Source of the DNA: Macrostomum lignano
Taxonomy: Eukaryota
DNA: 64,000 nucleotides
Assembly (NCBI GenBank): GCA_002269645.1
Contig: NIVC01000735.1
Location: 392,512-456,511 of the forward strand
Reading direction: 5' to 3'
In this document: positions 63,740 to 64,000 of the stretch, one piece after another
How the letters are laid out: the number at the start of each line of letters is the position of its first letter
How positions within the stretch are numbered: position 1 is the first letter of the stretch
The notes under the pieces: generated by a model
What the model saw: only the letters and a program-made list of their open reading frames with translations
Databases searched by the model: none
What the model was told of the DNA's origin: nothing
Made by a program: the position numbers and the translations under genes

Positions 63740-64000
63740 GCTGTTAGACGTTTCTGCGCTCGCATATCTGTGCGCGACTAGAGGCTTACTTTATAAAGGC
63801 TCCTTCTGTACTGTCCTGGCGTACGGCTGCGTGCGCGGCCCAACTGCAGGCTGTGCGGGGCAGGAAACTCGCGTACACTCGCCTTTCCACCGGCATGACT
63901 AATGCGTAGCTATTTGTTTCACTTGCTGCCAGGTGACCTTCCTATCATTTTTGACGCGCCCTACCGAGACTTTGAGTACGAAGTCTCTGCATTTACAGTG

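Overview
Eukaryotic (animal) genomic DNA with spliceosomal GT-AG introns, very GC3-rich exons and many minisatellites. The style resembles a free-living flatworm such as Macrostomum; this is an inference from style only. The ORF track uses bacterial starts and ignores introns, so I rebuilt the gene models by hand from splice signals. Genes on the minus strand: calmodulin-like 4 (partial), striatin, an ankyrin-repeat protein, an NKRF-like protein, alpha-tubulin, a very large inducible GTPase (GVIN1/URGCP family, one frameshift) and HPS1 (two frameshifts). The plus strand carries the most unusual feature. The normally fused animal glutamyl-prolyl-tRNA synthetase (EPRS) appears split in place into GluRS+4 WHEP ending in a stop codon, followed 1.26 kb later by WHEP+ProRS with its own ATG and an upstream splice-acceptor-like site. 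That fits gene fission, an operon resolved by trans-splicing, or alternative terminal-exon use. The WHEP region also shows recent exon-plus-intron duplication. Three very AT-rich blocks (about 0.5-2.5, 6.6-13.9 and 25.8-34.2 kb) are nests of non-autonomous DNA transposons, including two with 9-bp TSDs and a Merlin-like remnant. One block contains the AT-coded first exon of the otherwise GC-rich striatin gene.
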